DNA of 63,738 nt, the filler included, from Rhizaria sp. SCN 62-66 (taxonomy: Eukaryota), in assembly GCA_001724265.1 (NCBI GenBank). It is 6 parts of 6 records of this genome, joined end to end, with 100 filler letters (N's around TTAATTAATTAA, not from the genome) between each part and the next. Parts side by side here need not be neighbours in the genome. Positions count along the whole stretch, not along the records: positions 18,951 to 39,406 come from MEDY01000674.1; 5 more parts are not named here. One strand, written 5' to 3'. The position numbers and the translations under genes are program-made. The notes under the pieces are model-generated. The model worked only from the letters and a program-made list of their open reading frames with translations, ran no database searches and was not told the DNA's origin. Below are positions 25,753 through 35,393 of this stretch, in pieces; the first letter of the stretch is position 1, and every line of letters begins with the position of its first letter.

Positions 25753-28700
25753 ATGTCCTCCTCCGCTGCCGCTGCCACTGCGGCTACTGCAGCGACCGCG
25801 ACGACCGAGCTGTACCGCGACAACATCTTCAAGCTCCACATCGACCAGCTGCGCACAACGGTCTCGCTGGGCACGGCTGCTGCGGCCAAGGCCGACAAGA
25901 ACGCCGCTCTGTACTCCGCTCTCACCCGCGTCGAGGGCTACGTGCGCGGCCTCAAGGCTGCTGTCGACGCGTTGCCCGCGGCGCGCTTCGCGCTGCCCGC
26001 CGGATCCGTTGTCGCGGGCGTGCGCGTGCCCGGCGGCCCCGACGCACCCGCGCTTGAGGCCGCCGTCTCTGCGCCCTCGCGGCTGGACCTGATCGGCTCG
26101 TACATCCCCGGCGCGCTGATGCGGCCGCGGTACGCGCTCGACGTCGCCGTGCAGATGCCCGACGCGCTCTTCGGCCCCAAGGACTACCTCGACTACGCCT
26201 ACTTTGCCAAGCGCGCGGCCTTTGTCGCCGCGCTTGCCGCGCACCTCCGCGGCCACGGCGACCTCACGTACAGCGATGTGACCATCGCGGCATTCCGCGG
26301 CGACGCGCTCAAGCCCGTGATCGAGATCCGGCCCCTCGTCGTCGACGCCGCGACGGGCGCGCTGGCCCGCCCCAAGGGCCTGTTCGGGCGCTTTGTGCTG
26401 CGCGTGCTGCCCGCGCTTTCGCCCACGGCGTTCCCGGTGCGCAAGCTTGCCCCACAGCGCAACTGCGTCAAGACGCTCGAGGTGGCGACGCCCGCGGGCG
26501 TGACGCGCGCGCCCAACGCGCTGCCCACACCGCTCTACAACCAGCGCATCGTCGAGGACATTACGCTCGCCGCGCACACGCTGGAGCTGACCGAGGCCGC
26601 GGAGGACCTGCCGCAGCTGGTGACCGCGCTGGCCTTCATCAAGACGTGGGCGCACCGCCGCGGCATGTCGGGCACCGCCGCCGCCGCCAGCGGCAACGCC
26701 GCTGACGCGCCGGTGCCCTCGGCCAAGGCTGCCGCTTCCGCCGCGGCCGCCGCTAAGAAGGCCCTCGACGCCGGCGCTGCCGCCGCCACCGCCGCTGCTG
26801 CCGCCGCGACAGCTACCGCTGGCTCCAAGAAGGCTAGCAAGGGCGACAGGGGTGACAACGGCAAGGCCGCCGCTGCCGCCGCTGCCGCCGCTGCTGCGGA
26901 GCTGCTGAGCGCCGTCTCGGTGCCGTACGCGCTCAGCGCGCCCGAGGACGGCTTCAACGGACACCTGCTGACGAGCCTCGTGCTGTACCTGCGCGCCGCA
27001 GGGAAGATCACACCTGCTATGTCGGCGCTGCGCATTGCGCACGCGCTCTGGGTTTTCCTCGCCGCCACCGACCTCACTGCGACCCCGCTCGCGATGCCCA
27101 AGGCCGCGCTCACGCTGCCCTCGGGGCTCACCACCTCTCTCGGCTCCGCCGCCGCGGCCGCCGCGGCCGACGACGACGACGACGGCGGCGCTGGCGAGAC
27201 GGGCGCCGCGGCCATGGTCGCCTTCTCCGCGGCCACCTTCGCGGGCGCCTTTGACTGCGTGCTGCTCGACCCCTGCGGCTTCACCAACCTGCTCGCGCGC
27301 GTGTCGGCGCAGGCGGCCCACAATGCGCGCCACCACGCGCTGCTGGCGCTGGCGTACCTCGAGGGCGCGGGCTCGCTCGACGCGCTGGCGGCGTGCCGCA
27401 CGCTCACGGCCGACTGCCTCACCGCGCTCGAGCTCTCGGGCGCGGGCGTTGCGTGCGCCGAGGAGGACGCCATGCACGCTCTCGTCGCCGTCGAGGTCGA
27501 CGAGGCGCTGCGCTACGACGCCGCCGTCGCCGTCGAGCTGCCCGCTGCGTTCTGGGCGCCCGCGCTCGCCGTCGACGCCGCGCCCACCGCCGCGGCCGCC
27601 GCGCTGCCCGCCGGCTGCATGGCCGGCCCCATCGCCGCTGCGTGCGCCGTGCCCGCCGTCACCGCGCCGCTCTTCGTGGCCGCCGCCAGCAACGCCGCCG
27701 GCCGCGACCTCCCCGTCCACAAGCCCGCTAAGGGCTCTGAGCCCGCCGCCGCCCCCGCTACTGCTGCTGCCGCCGCCGCCGCGAGCGTGGCCGCGTCGCC
27801 GCTGCTGTCTGCTGCGTCCCCGCTGTACCCGCGCCAGGTGACGCTCGACGCGTGGTCGGCCGTGTGCCGGCGCGCCTTCTCGCTCTGCGCGCGCGCGCTA
27901 GGCGACCGCGTGTACCTGCTCACCGTCGCGCCCGCCTGGCGCGGCGGCCGCTGTGCCGGCTTCACGCTCCGCCTGCTTTTCCGCGCCGACACCGCGGCCC
28001 GGCTCGTGGACCTGGGCCCCTCGGCCGACGACAAGAGCAAGGCGGCCGAGTTCCGCGCCTTCTGGGGGCCTAAGTCCGAGCTGCGCCGCTTCGCTGACGG
28101 CACCATCCTCGAGGCCGCGGTGTGGCCGCTGCCCGCCGCCGAGGCCGCGCTCGCGCCCTGCCACATCGCCACGCATATCCTGCGCCGCCACCTGCTGCCC
28201 TACGACTTCGCGCGCGCGCCGGCGACGCAGGCCGCGCTGTCGGCCGCGCTGGCCGCCGCCGCGCCCACGGCGGCGGGCGTCTCGGTGTCGACAGGTGCGC
28301 ACCCGCTCGACGCGCTCGTGACGCCGCAGAAGCTGCCGGCGGGCTCCGCGCTGGCCGCGGTGCCGGCGCCCGCGCTGTCGGACCCCGCGCAGTGCGCGTC
28401 GCGCGCCGCGCTGGCGTTCAAGGAGCTGGAGCGCGCGCTGCACGAGATGTCGGAGCTGCCGCTGGCCGTGCTCTCGGCACACGGCACGCACCCCGCGTTG
28501 CGCGGCACCGCCGTGTTCCCGCCCGCGCCCGCGGACCGGCTCGCGGCGGCCGGGACCAACGACGCGCCGGGCGCGGCCAAGCGCGGCAGCGCGCTGAGCC
28601 GGACCGTGCTGGAGCCGCTGACGGTGGTGATCGCGCTCGAGTCGAGCAACCGGTGGCCCGACGAGCTGATCCCGCTGGTGCGCACCAAGACGGCCTTCCT

Positions 28701-30645
28701 GCTTAAGATCGGCCAGATGCTGCGCGACAAACACGCCTTCCCCGCCACCGTGACGACGCACTTCGTCGACGTCGCCGTCGCGGGCTTCGCCTTCCGCGTC
28801 CGCATCGCCAACGCCAAGGAGATCGCGGCCCTGCGCGCGCACGCCTCGGCGAACCGCCCGCTGCCGCCGCTGGTGGCCGCCGACGGGTCTTTGCGCGAGC
28901 AGGAGCTGGAGCTGGTCCGTCGCCCCGCGCACGCGCTGCTTATCCGCGGACTCGCCTCGCAGCACGGCACGCTGCCCGCCGTTGCGCGCCTGCTGCGCCG
29001 CTGGGTCTGCGCGCACGGCTTCGCGCGCGCGCTTTCGGCCGAGGCCACGGAGCTGCTCGCGGCGTCCGTGTTCGTCGCGCCGCGGCCCTACACGGCGCCC
29101 ACCACTGTCGCCACCGGGCTGCTGCGCTGCCTGCACCGGCTCGCGACCTTCGACTGGGACGCGCGGCCGCTCGTGGTGCCTAAGACGCTGCGTGTGGTCC
29201 AGGACCGCGCCGAGAGTGCCTCGCAGCAGGCCAAGGACAACCTCTCGGTGCGCGCGCTGCGCTTCGAGACAGACATCTCGCAGGCGCACCTGGCGCAAAT
29301 CCACGCGCGCTTCGAGGCGCGCCGCCGCGACGGCTCCGCTGCGGCGCTATACATCGCCACGGCCGACGACACCGAGTCGCGCAACTGGACGCTGCGCGTG
29401 GGCCCTGTGCCCGCGCCCGCGTCGGCCGCCGCGATGGCGCGCGCGCAGGTCGCCGTCGTCGCCGCCACCGCCGCGGCCGAGCGCGCGGCCGAGAACGTGC
29501 GCGCGACGCGCGCGGACCGCGCGGACCCCGCGCTGGCCGAGACCGCGGCCGCCGCGGCCTCCGCGCTGACGGCCGCGCTGTCGGCCTCGGCGGCGGCGCA
29601 GCAGGGCGCGGCCTGGACCGACTGCGGCGAAGTGACGGCCACCACGCCCGCGCTCAACGCCTCGGTCGGCATGGTCGCCGGGCGTGGCGCGGCGCGCGCG
29701 GTGGCGTGGCCCTCGCAGCGCGACCTGGCGCGGCTTGTGGCCTTCTCGGGCGCGTCGCTGGCGGCGTCGCAGGCGCTGCTGCGCGCGGGCGACGCGTCGC
29801 AGGGCTCGTGGCGTTCGCTGTTCCGCTCGCCGCTGGAGCAGTACGACGCGCTCATCACGCTCAACCCGGCCGCCGCGCTGCCCCGCGCCGCCGCCGCACA
29901 GCTGCTGCGCCAGGCGCTCTTCCCCTGCCTGCCCCGCGCCGGCGCGCCCGCCTACGCGGACAAGACCGCCAGCGCCGACGCCGGCGAGGCTGCCGCTGCT
30001 GACAGCGATGACGACGACGAGGAGTCCGCCGCCGCCACCGCCGCCGCCAAGGCCAAGAACGGCGGGTACAAGCTGCCCGCGGACCTGCAGCGCTCGCTGG
30101 ACCGCCGCGCGCGCCAGGAGGCCCTGGGCCTGGACCCCAGCGCCGAGGCCGCCGCCGCCCCCGCCGCGGCGTCGTCGGCGCGCGGGGACGTGTCGCGGCC
30201 CGTGCACGCGGGCTTCGACCCCGTGGCGTGTTACATCAACGACCTGCGCATGGCTTATGGCGCGCTGGCGTCATTCGCGCACGACCCCAACGGCGGCACC
30301 GTCGTCGGCGTCACGTTCCACCGCCACCAAGCCCCCGTCGCCGCTGCTGCTGCCGCGAAGGCCGGTGACGACGACGAGGAGGACGCCGCCGCTGCCTCCG
30401 CGGCGGCGGCGCTGACGGCCATGTCCCTCGAGGCGCCCCGCACCTTCAACCCCGGACTGGCCGCGGCTGTGGCGCCTGTGCGCGCGCCCGGCTCGGCCGT
30501 CGAGGGCGACGAGTCGGGCGAGCTGACGTCGATGACGGCCTTCAACAAGGCGGACTTGCTGGACCAGTTTGCGCGCATGGGCCGCGGCGTCGTCGAGCGC
30601 GTCTACGACGGCTATGAGGCCTTCACAGAGAACGTCAACTACTGA
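25753..30645 (+). CDS. NOL6: Nucleolar protein 6 / Utp22 (Nrap family), 1630 aa
   Basis: Nrap family motifs: LIGSY..DVAVQMP..KDYLDYAYFAKRA, PTPLYNQRI, FRAFWGPKSELRRFADGTILEAAVW, LESSNRWPDE..TKTAFLLKI, LATFDWDARPLVV, GFDPVACYINDL. ATG 25753 follows a pyrimidine tract and CAG. Ends in TGA. Confidence 0.95.
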   Translation: MSSSAAAATAATAATATTELYRDNIFKLHIDQLRTTVSLGTAAAAKADKNAALYSALTRVEGYVRGLKAAVDALPAARFALPAGSVVAGVRVPGGPDAPALEAAVSAPSRLDLIGSYIPGALMRPRYALDVAVQMPDALFGPKDYLDYAYFAKRAAFVAALAAHLRGHGDLTYSDVTIAAFRGDALKPVIEIRPLVVDAATGALARPKGLFGRFVLRVLPALSPTAFPVRKLAPQRNCVKTLEVATPAGVTRAPNALPTPLYNQRIVEDITLAAHTLELTEAAEDLPQLVTALAFIKTWAHRRGMSGTAAAASGNAADAPVPSAKAAASAAAAAKKALDAGAAAATAAAAAATATAGSKKASKGDRGDNGKAAAAAAAAAAAELLSAVSVPYALSAPEDGFNGHLLTSLVLYLRAAGKITPAMSALRIAHALWVFLAATDLTATPLAMPKAALTLPSGLTTSLGSAAAAAAADDDDDGGAGETGAAAMVAFSAATFAGAFDCVLLDPCGFTNLLARVSAQAAHNARHHALLALAYLEGAGSLDALAACRTLTADCLTALELSGAGVACAEEDAMHALVAVEVDEALRYDAAVAVELPAAFWAPALAVDAAPTAAAAALPAGCMAGPIAAACAVPAVTAPLFVAAASNAAGRDLPVHKPAKGSEPAAAPATAAAAAAASVAASPLLSAASPLYPRQVTLDAWSAVCRRAFSLCARALGDRVYLLTVAPAWRGGRCAGFTLRLLFRADTAARLVDLGPSADDKSKAAEFRAFWGPKSELRRFADGTILEAAVWPLPAAEAALAPCHIATHILRRHLLPYDFARAPATQAALSAALAAAAPTAAGVSVSTGAHPLDALVTPQKLPAGSALAAVPAPALSDPAQCASRAALAFKELERALHEMSELPLAVLSAHGTHPALRGTAVFPPAPADRLAAAGTNDAPGAAKRGSALSRTVLEPLTVVIALESSNRWPDELIPLVRTKTAFLLKIGQMLRDKHAFPATVTTHFVDVAVAGFAFRVRIANAKEIAALRAHASANRPLPPLVAADGSLREQELELVRRPAHALLIRGLASQHGTLPAVARLLRRWVCAHGFARALSAEATELLAASVFVAPRPYTAPTTVATGLLRCLHRLATFDWDARPLVVPKTLRVVQDRAESASQQAKDNLSVRALRFETDISQAHLAQIHARFEARRRDGSAAALYIATADDTESRNWTLRVGPVPAPASAAAMARAQVAVVAATAAAERAAENVRATRADRADPALAETAAAAASALTAALSASAAAQQGAAWTDCGEVTATTPALNASVGMVAGRGAARAVAWPSQRDLARLVAFSGASLAASQALLRAGDASQGSWRSLFRSPLEQYDALITLNPAAALPRAAAAQLLRQALFPCLPRAGAPAYADKTASADAGEAAAADSDDDDEESAAATAAAKAKNGGYKLPADLQRSLDRRARQEALGLDPSAEAAAAPAAASSARGDVSRPVHAGFDPVACYINDLRMAYGALASFAHDPNGGTVVGVTFHRHQAPVAAAAAAKAGDDDEEDAAAASAAAALTAMSLEAPRTFNPGLAAAVAPVRAPGSAVEGDESGELTSMTAFNKADLLDQFARMGRGVVERVYDGYEAFTENVNY

Positions 30646-30950
30646 GCTCTTGAGCGCGAGCGCAGGACAGCGAGAGGAAGCAAATGTTGGTCGATATGTG
30701 TGAATGAGAGTGATGAATATGGTAGGATGACGGTGGTTAATATTCTATGAAAATAACGTTTATGTTGCGGGAGTAATATTATTTGATGTTAGGTCAGGTC
30801 AGAGGAGTTTTTAAATGACAAATTGAGAGGTATTAGAAAGAAATCAACTATATAAACAAGCTTTATTATTAGAAAGAAGCCCAAACTATTTTATCTTAAG
30901 ATTCACATTCAATGCACTTGATCATGCCACGTTGTGCGCAATCGTTAGCC

Positions 30951-32737
30951 TTAGTAGTGCTGCTGCTGCTGCTGTTGCTGCGCCGCTGGAGGCGGAAGGT
31001 ACTGCGGCGCATGCTGCAGCGGGGCGGCGGCGCCCGCGGGCGGCGCCACAGGAGTGGGGGCCACATGCGCGGAAGCCACGCCGTACGCGGCAGCGGGGTT
31101 GCCGTAGAAGTGCTGCTGCCGTTGTTGTTGCTGTTGGGGCTACTGTTGAGACTGGTACATGAACTGCTGCTGCTGAAGTTGCTATTGCGGCTGCATGGGA
31201 TAGCCATAGCCAAACTGCTGCTGCTGCATTGGCTGCTGCTGAGGAGCAAAGCCCTGCACAAACTGCGCCTGCTGCGGCTGGTACTGCTGATACGGTTGCT
31301 GCTGCTGGTACGGTTGCTGCTGTTGAGGCATCACAAACATTCCCTGGGCTGGCATTTGCCCCTGCAGCTGCGCCTGCCCTAACATCATAATTGGCTGCTG
31401 ATGTTGCTGCGGTACAGCATATCCCTGCGGCACTGCATTGTACCCTTGCCGCGACACGCCGCCGTAGCCGTGCTGCACAGCGTTGTACCCTTGCGGCACT
31501 GCACCGTAGCCCTGCGGCGGCTGCGGCGGTGGTGCAGTTGCGCTGTTGTAGGCAAAGTCGGGGGAGATGACCTGGGCTACACCGAAGCCACCGCCCTGCG
31601 GCTGCATTGGACCGTATGCGGATTGCTGCTGCTGCTGCTGCTGCAGTTGCATTGGGCCAGCAGACGCGGCCGCCATGGGAGTAGCCCCAAAGGGCACCCC
31701 AGCAGCAGCAGCAGCGCTGGCGCCATGCATCGCCGCGGCGTCAGCTGCACTCGCTGTGGCCACGACGGCGGGGGCCGCCAGCGCCATGTCGCGCGAGCTG
31801 ACGGGCTTCTTCTTCTTGACTACAGCAGCAGCAGTACTCGCTGCAGGAGCAGCAGCAACACTCGTCGCAGCAGCAGCGTTAGCAACAGCAGAGACGGCGC
31901 CTGCGCGCGACGCCGCGCCGCCAGCGCGGGACGGCGTCGCAGCAGCGCGCAGCTGCACGGTGTTCACGGCCGCACGGCTGCTACTATTGCTACCGCTGTT
32001 GGCGATGATGCCGTTGCGCGACGGGGCCGCGCCTGCGCGCGACGGGGCCGCGCTGCGCACTGCACTCGCACTGGCACAGGCGCCACTGCTATTAGACGGC
32101 GGCTGCGACTCCGACGACTGGAGCGATGACTGCAGCCGCGAGCCGGTGCGACACCGGCTCCTCGCCGCCGCTGCTGAGGCCGGCCCACTGGCTGCCGTCG
32201 AGCCAGCGGCGGCAGATGCAGCGGCAGCGGCGGCAGCGTTGCCGAGCTCGACCGCGGCCTGCGCGGCCGCGATCGACTGCACCACGCTGTTCGGCCTCGG
32301 CGCCACCGCCACTGCCACACCCAAGTCGCCCTGCGGTGCGCTCTGCTGCTGCTGTTGCGGTGCGGAGGAGGTCAAGAAGGACTGCGAGGACACAAGCGCG
32401 GGCGGCCGCGCCAGCCGCGGCCGCGAGCGCGACCGCTCTGCCGGCGCGGCGGCAGACGCGGCCGCAGAGCACGAGCCGGACTGCGACGACTGAGCCGCCG
32501 CGTGCGCGGGGGCGGGGGTGCGGCCGTCGCGCGACTGCGGCCGCGACTGTGAGCGCGAAGGCTCACGGGCCCGGGAGCGGGAGCGGGACGACGACCCCAC
32601 CGCGACCGCGCTGTAGCCGCCCTTGGCGTTCGCAGTCGTGGCTGCGGGCGGGATGCAATCGCGCTCGCGGCCGCGCTCGTACGCCACCACGTGCGGCTTA
32701 ACTTTCCCGCCCGCGCCCACAGTCGCCCCCTTTTTGC

Positions 32738-32772
<35 letters not shown>

Positions 32773-33996
32773 GTCTGCAGCAGCTTGCTGTTGAGCGCCG
32801 CGAGGTCCGCCTCCAGTCCGTCAGCCGCGGCGAACACGGCCGCCAGCGCGCCGTCGTCCTCGTCGTCCCGTTGGCTGTGGCGGACGACGACGGCGGCCGC
32901 GGACGCAGCAGCGGGCTTCGGCTTACTACCAGCTGTCGTCGTCGTCGTCGCCGCAGCAGTCTTACCGCTTTTGCCCACAGCAGCCGCCCCCGCCCCCACC
33001 TTCGCGGCGTTGCCGTTGCCGTTGCTGCTGAGGCCTGAGTCGAGCGCGGCCAGTTCGCGCTCGAGCTTGCGCTCGGCGGCCAGCAGCCGGCCCGTGTCGG
33101 GCCCCACGGAGAGGCCGATGGGGAACGCGCCGCCATCGGTCCCGGCGCCGCTGCTGCGGCTGCTATGGTGGCCGAGGCTGAGGCGAGTGCTGACGCCGCT
33201 CTGAGACTGCTGCTGCTGCTGCTGCTGCGGCGGCGGCGGCTTGCTGTCGAGTTTGAACAGGTGCGCGTCGGCCGCGTAGGGATCGAACACGGGCCCGCGC
33301 CACTGGGGCAGCGACTGCACCGCCTGAGACTAAGACTGCGACTGGGCCTGCGGGTGTGACAGGGCGTGTGGCTGAGGGCCGAAGTGAGGCTGCGCGTGTA
33401 ATTGGGCTTGCGGCAGCAGCTGCAGCTGAGCCTGCGACATCAGCGGCGCATACGGTGCCGCTGCAGCGCCGTTCACGGGCGTGTTGACGCCCCTATGCTG
33501 TTGCTGCTGCTGCTGCTGGTGCCTGTAGGGGGTGGTGGGGCGAAACCCAGTGAATCCTGGGCTGGCGCTGACGTTGCTGCTCAGATGCTGAGCCGCGCCC
33601 CCTCCACTTAGATGACTGCCAGCGCCACTTAAAGTGGAGCCAGGCCGCGAGCTGGGCCTCGAGCTCAAGCCGCCCGCAGCGTTTGCAGCGGCATTGGCAC
33701 CGCTCGGGTTACCGTCGCTTGCGCTGTTGCTGTTGCTGTAGTTGCCACTGCTCAAGCTAGAGCCGGAGCCGGGCGTGGGCAGGCGCGAGCGGAACGACGG
33801 CACCGGCAGCCGCGACGGGCCCACTGCATTGGCACCGGCGCTCGCATTCGCGCTGGCGCTGGCGCTGGCGCCAGGGTCCATGCTGTGCGAGACAGAGGAC
33901 GAGGATGATGCCAAGACAGAGGCAGGAGCGGGGGTGCCTGCGCCAGAGCGCGGCCGCACGGGCCCAAACGCGGCCACCAGCAACGTCGGCGGCGGC

Positions 33997-34029
<33 letters not shown>

Positions 34030-34805
34030 AAAAGCGCAGTGTTTGACACGTAAGCCGCAGGGACAGGGGCAGGTGCAGCGGCGGGCGCAAGAGGCGAGGC
34101 GCCGATGTCAATCGATAGGTCGGCGTCGTTGTCGTTACCGTTGTTGGTGTAGAAGTCCGTCTCTGACTCTGTGATCGAAGCGTTCAGCGCATCGTCGGCG
34201 TTGCTGGCGTTGTTGGCGTAGCTGTGGCCATACACGCTTGCGTGGTTGCCGAGGTTGTTGCGATTGTTGGAGATATTGTTGTCGTCGTCAGCTGTGTAGC
34301 TCATGTCGAATGTGTCGTTGTTTTCGTCGTTCGCCGAGGCAGCAGCAGCGGCGGCAGCAGCGGTGTCAGCGGCAGCGGCGTCAGCCTTGGCTTTGGCAGC
34401 CTTGGCCTCCGCCTCAGCCTTGGCCTTAGCCTCAGCCGCCGCCGCCGCACGCGCACGCGCCTGCTTTTGCGCCTCGGCCTTTGACTTTGCCTGCTGCGCC
34501 TTCGCCTCGGCTAACGCTTGCGCTTGTGCTTGGGCTTGGGCTTCAGCTACTGCATCTGCTTCAGCCTGGGCCTGCGCTTGAGCTCGGGCTTCAGCAGCAG
34601 CATCGGCCTCGTCATAAGCGTTACCACCGCCGTGGGTGTCCTGGTCATGATCGTGGTCAAACGAGAGCTCGAGCGCGTGCATAAGCTCCTGCCCTACCGT
34701 GAATATCTCATCGGCCTCGTCAGTGTTGCGAATATAGTCGTTGCCAGTGCCCGCGCCGAGAGCGTCGACAGCGCCGTGGGGCGCGGCGGCAGGGCGGCGG
34801 GACAT
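30951..34805 (-). CDS. Gln/Ala/Ser-rich disordered hypothetical protein, 1284 aa when three in-frame TAGs (33330-33332, 31182-31184, 31140-31142) are read as sense
   Basis: ORFs 33330-34805 and 31182-33320 are in the same frame and separated only by TAG. The frame continues through two more TAGs in poly-Q sequence to TAA at 30951-30953, after which the sequence turns AT-rich. Confidence 0.85.
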
Positions 34806-35393
34806 CGCGGGGGCAAGTCACGCAAGGGGTGCGCGCGCTGTGGCGGGGCAGAGGGCAGGAGCAGAATCAGTGTGCGTGGCAACGCGTGTGGGCGAGTAAG
34901 AGATTAGTTGGGGTGGCGACAGTGGGCAGGGTGAACATGTAGCGTGTGAGATGTAGGCAGGAAGGCGAATAAATAAAAACACATTTTACGAGGAAGATAT
35001 AAACTATTATAATACACAGTTGAGATATAATGCAAGTGGACTTGCTCACAAGTCGCTATGCTTGGAATTGTGGTTATTGCTCGAGTGGCAGGTTGAGCTC
35101 GTTCAAACTTCGCCACCGTTGAACTTGCGGTCTTGACACAGTCCTTCCGACAATAGAACGTTGGTAGTAATATAGTACTACTGCGAAAATATTAAGCTTG
35201 CCCACTTTTTAAGAACTCGTACTTCACAAACCTATGTACCGTACCACTACCTTTTGTTATCTGCTACAGACACCCACTCGCTCCGACCACAAGTAAGTCC
35301 GACCTCTCTTCGAGCGCGTCTTTCTTCCCCGCGCTTCCCTGCCAGCGCCTGCCTCCCGCCCCACACTTGCCCCGCGCAGCGCACACTCGCCTC

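Noticed and set aside
31140-31184. TAG as Trp via A-to-I editing, or as pyrrolysine
   Set aside because: The codons sit in poly-Gln and QS repeats among CAG/CAA codons, which fits Gln. No Pyl machinery or methyltransferase context is present.
31140-33332. In-frame TAGs as 3' ends of micro-introns
   Set aside because: The nearest GT..TAG spans are 4-34 nt and mostly not multiples of three. The flanks are GC-rich coding repeats, whereas the coding-region introns here are about 130-245 nt, mostly AT-rich, with GTAYGT-type donors.
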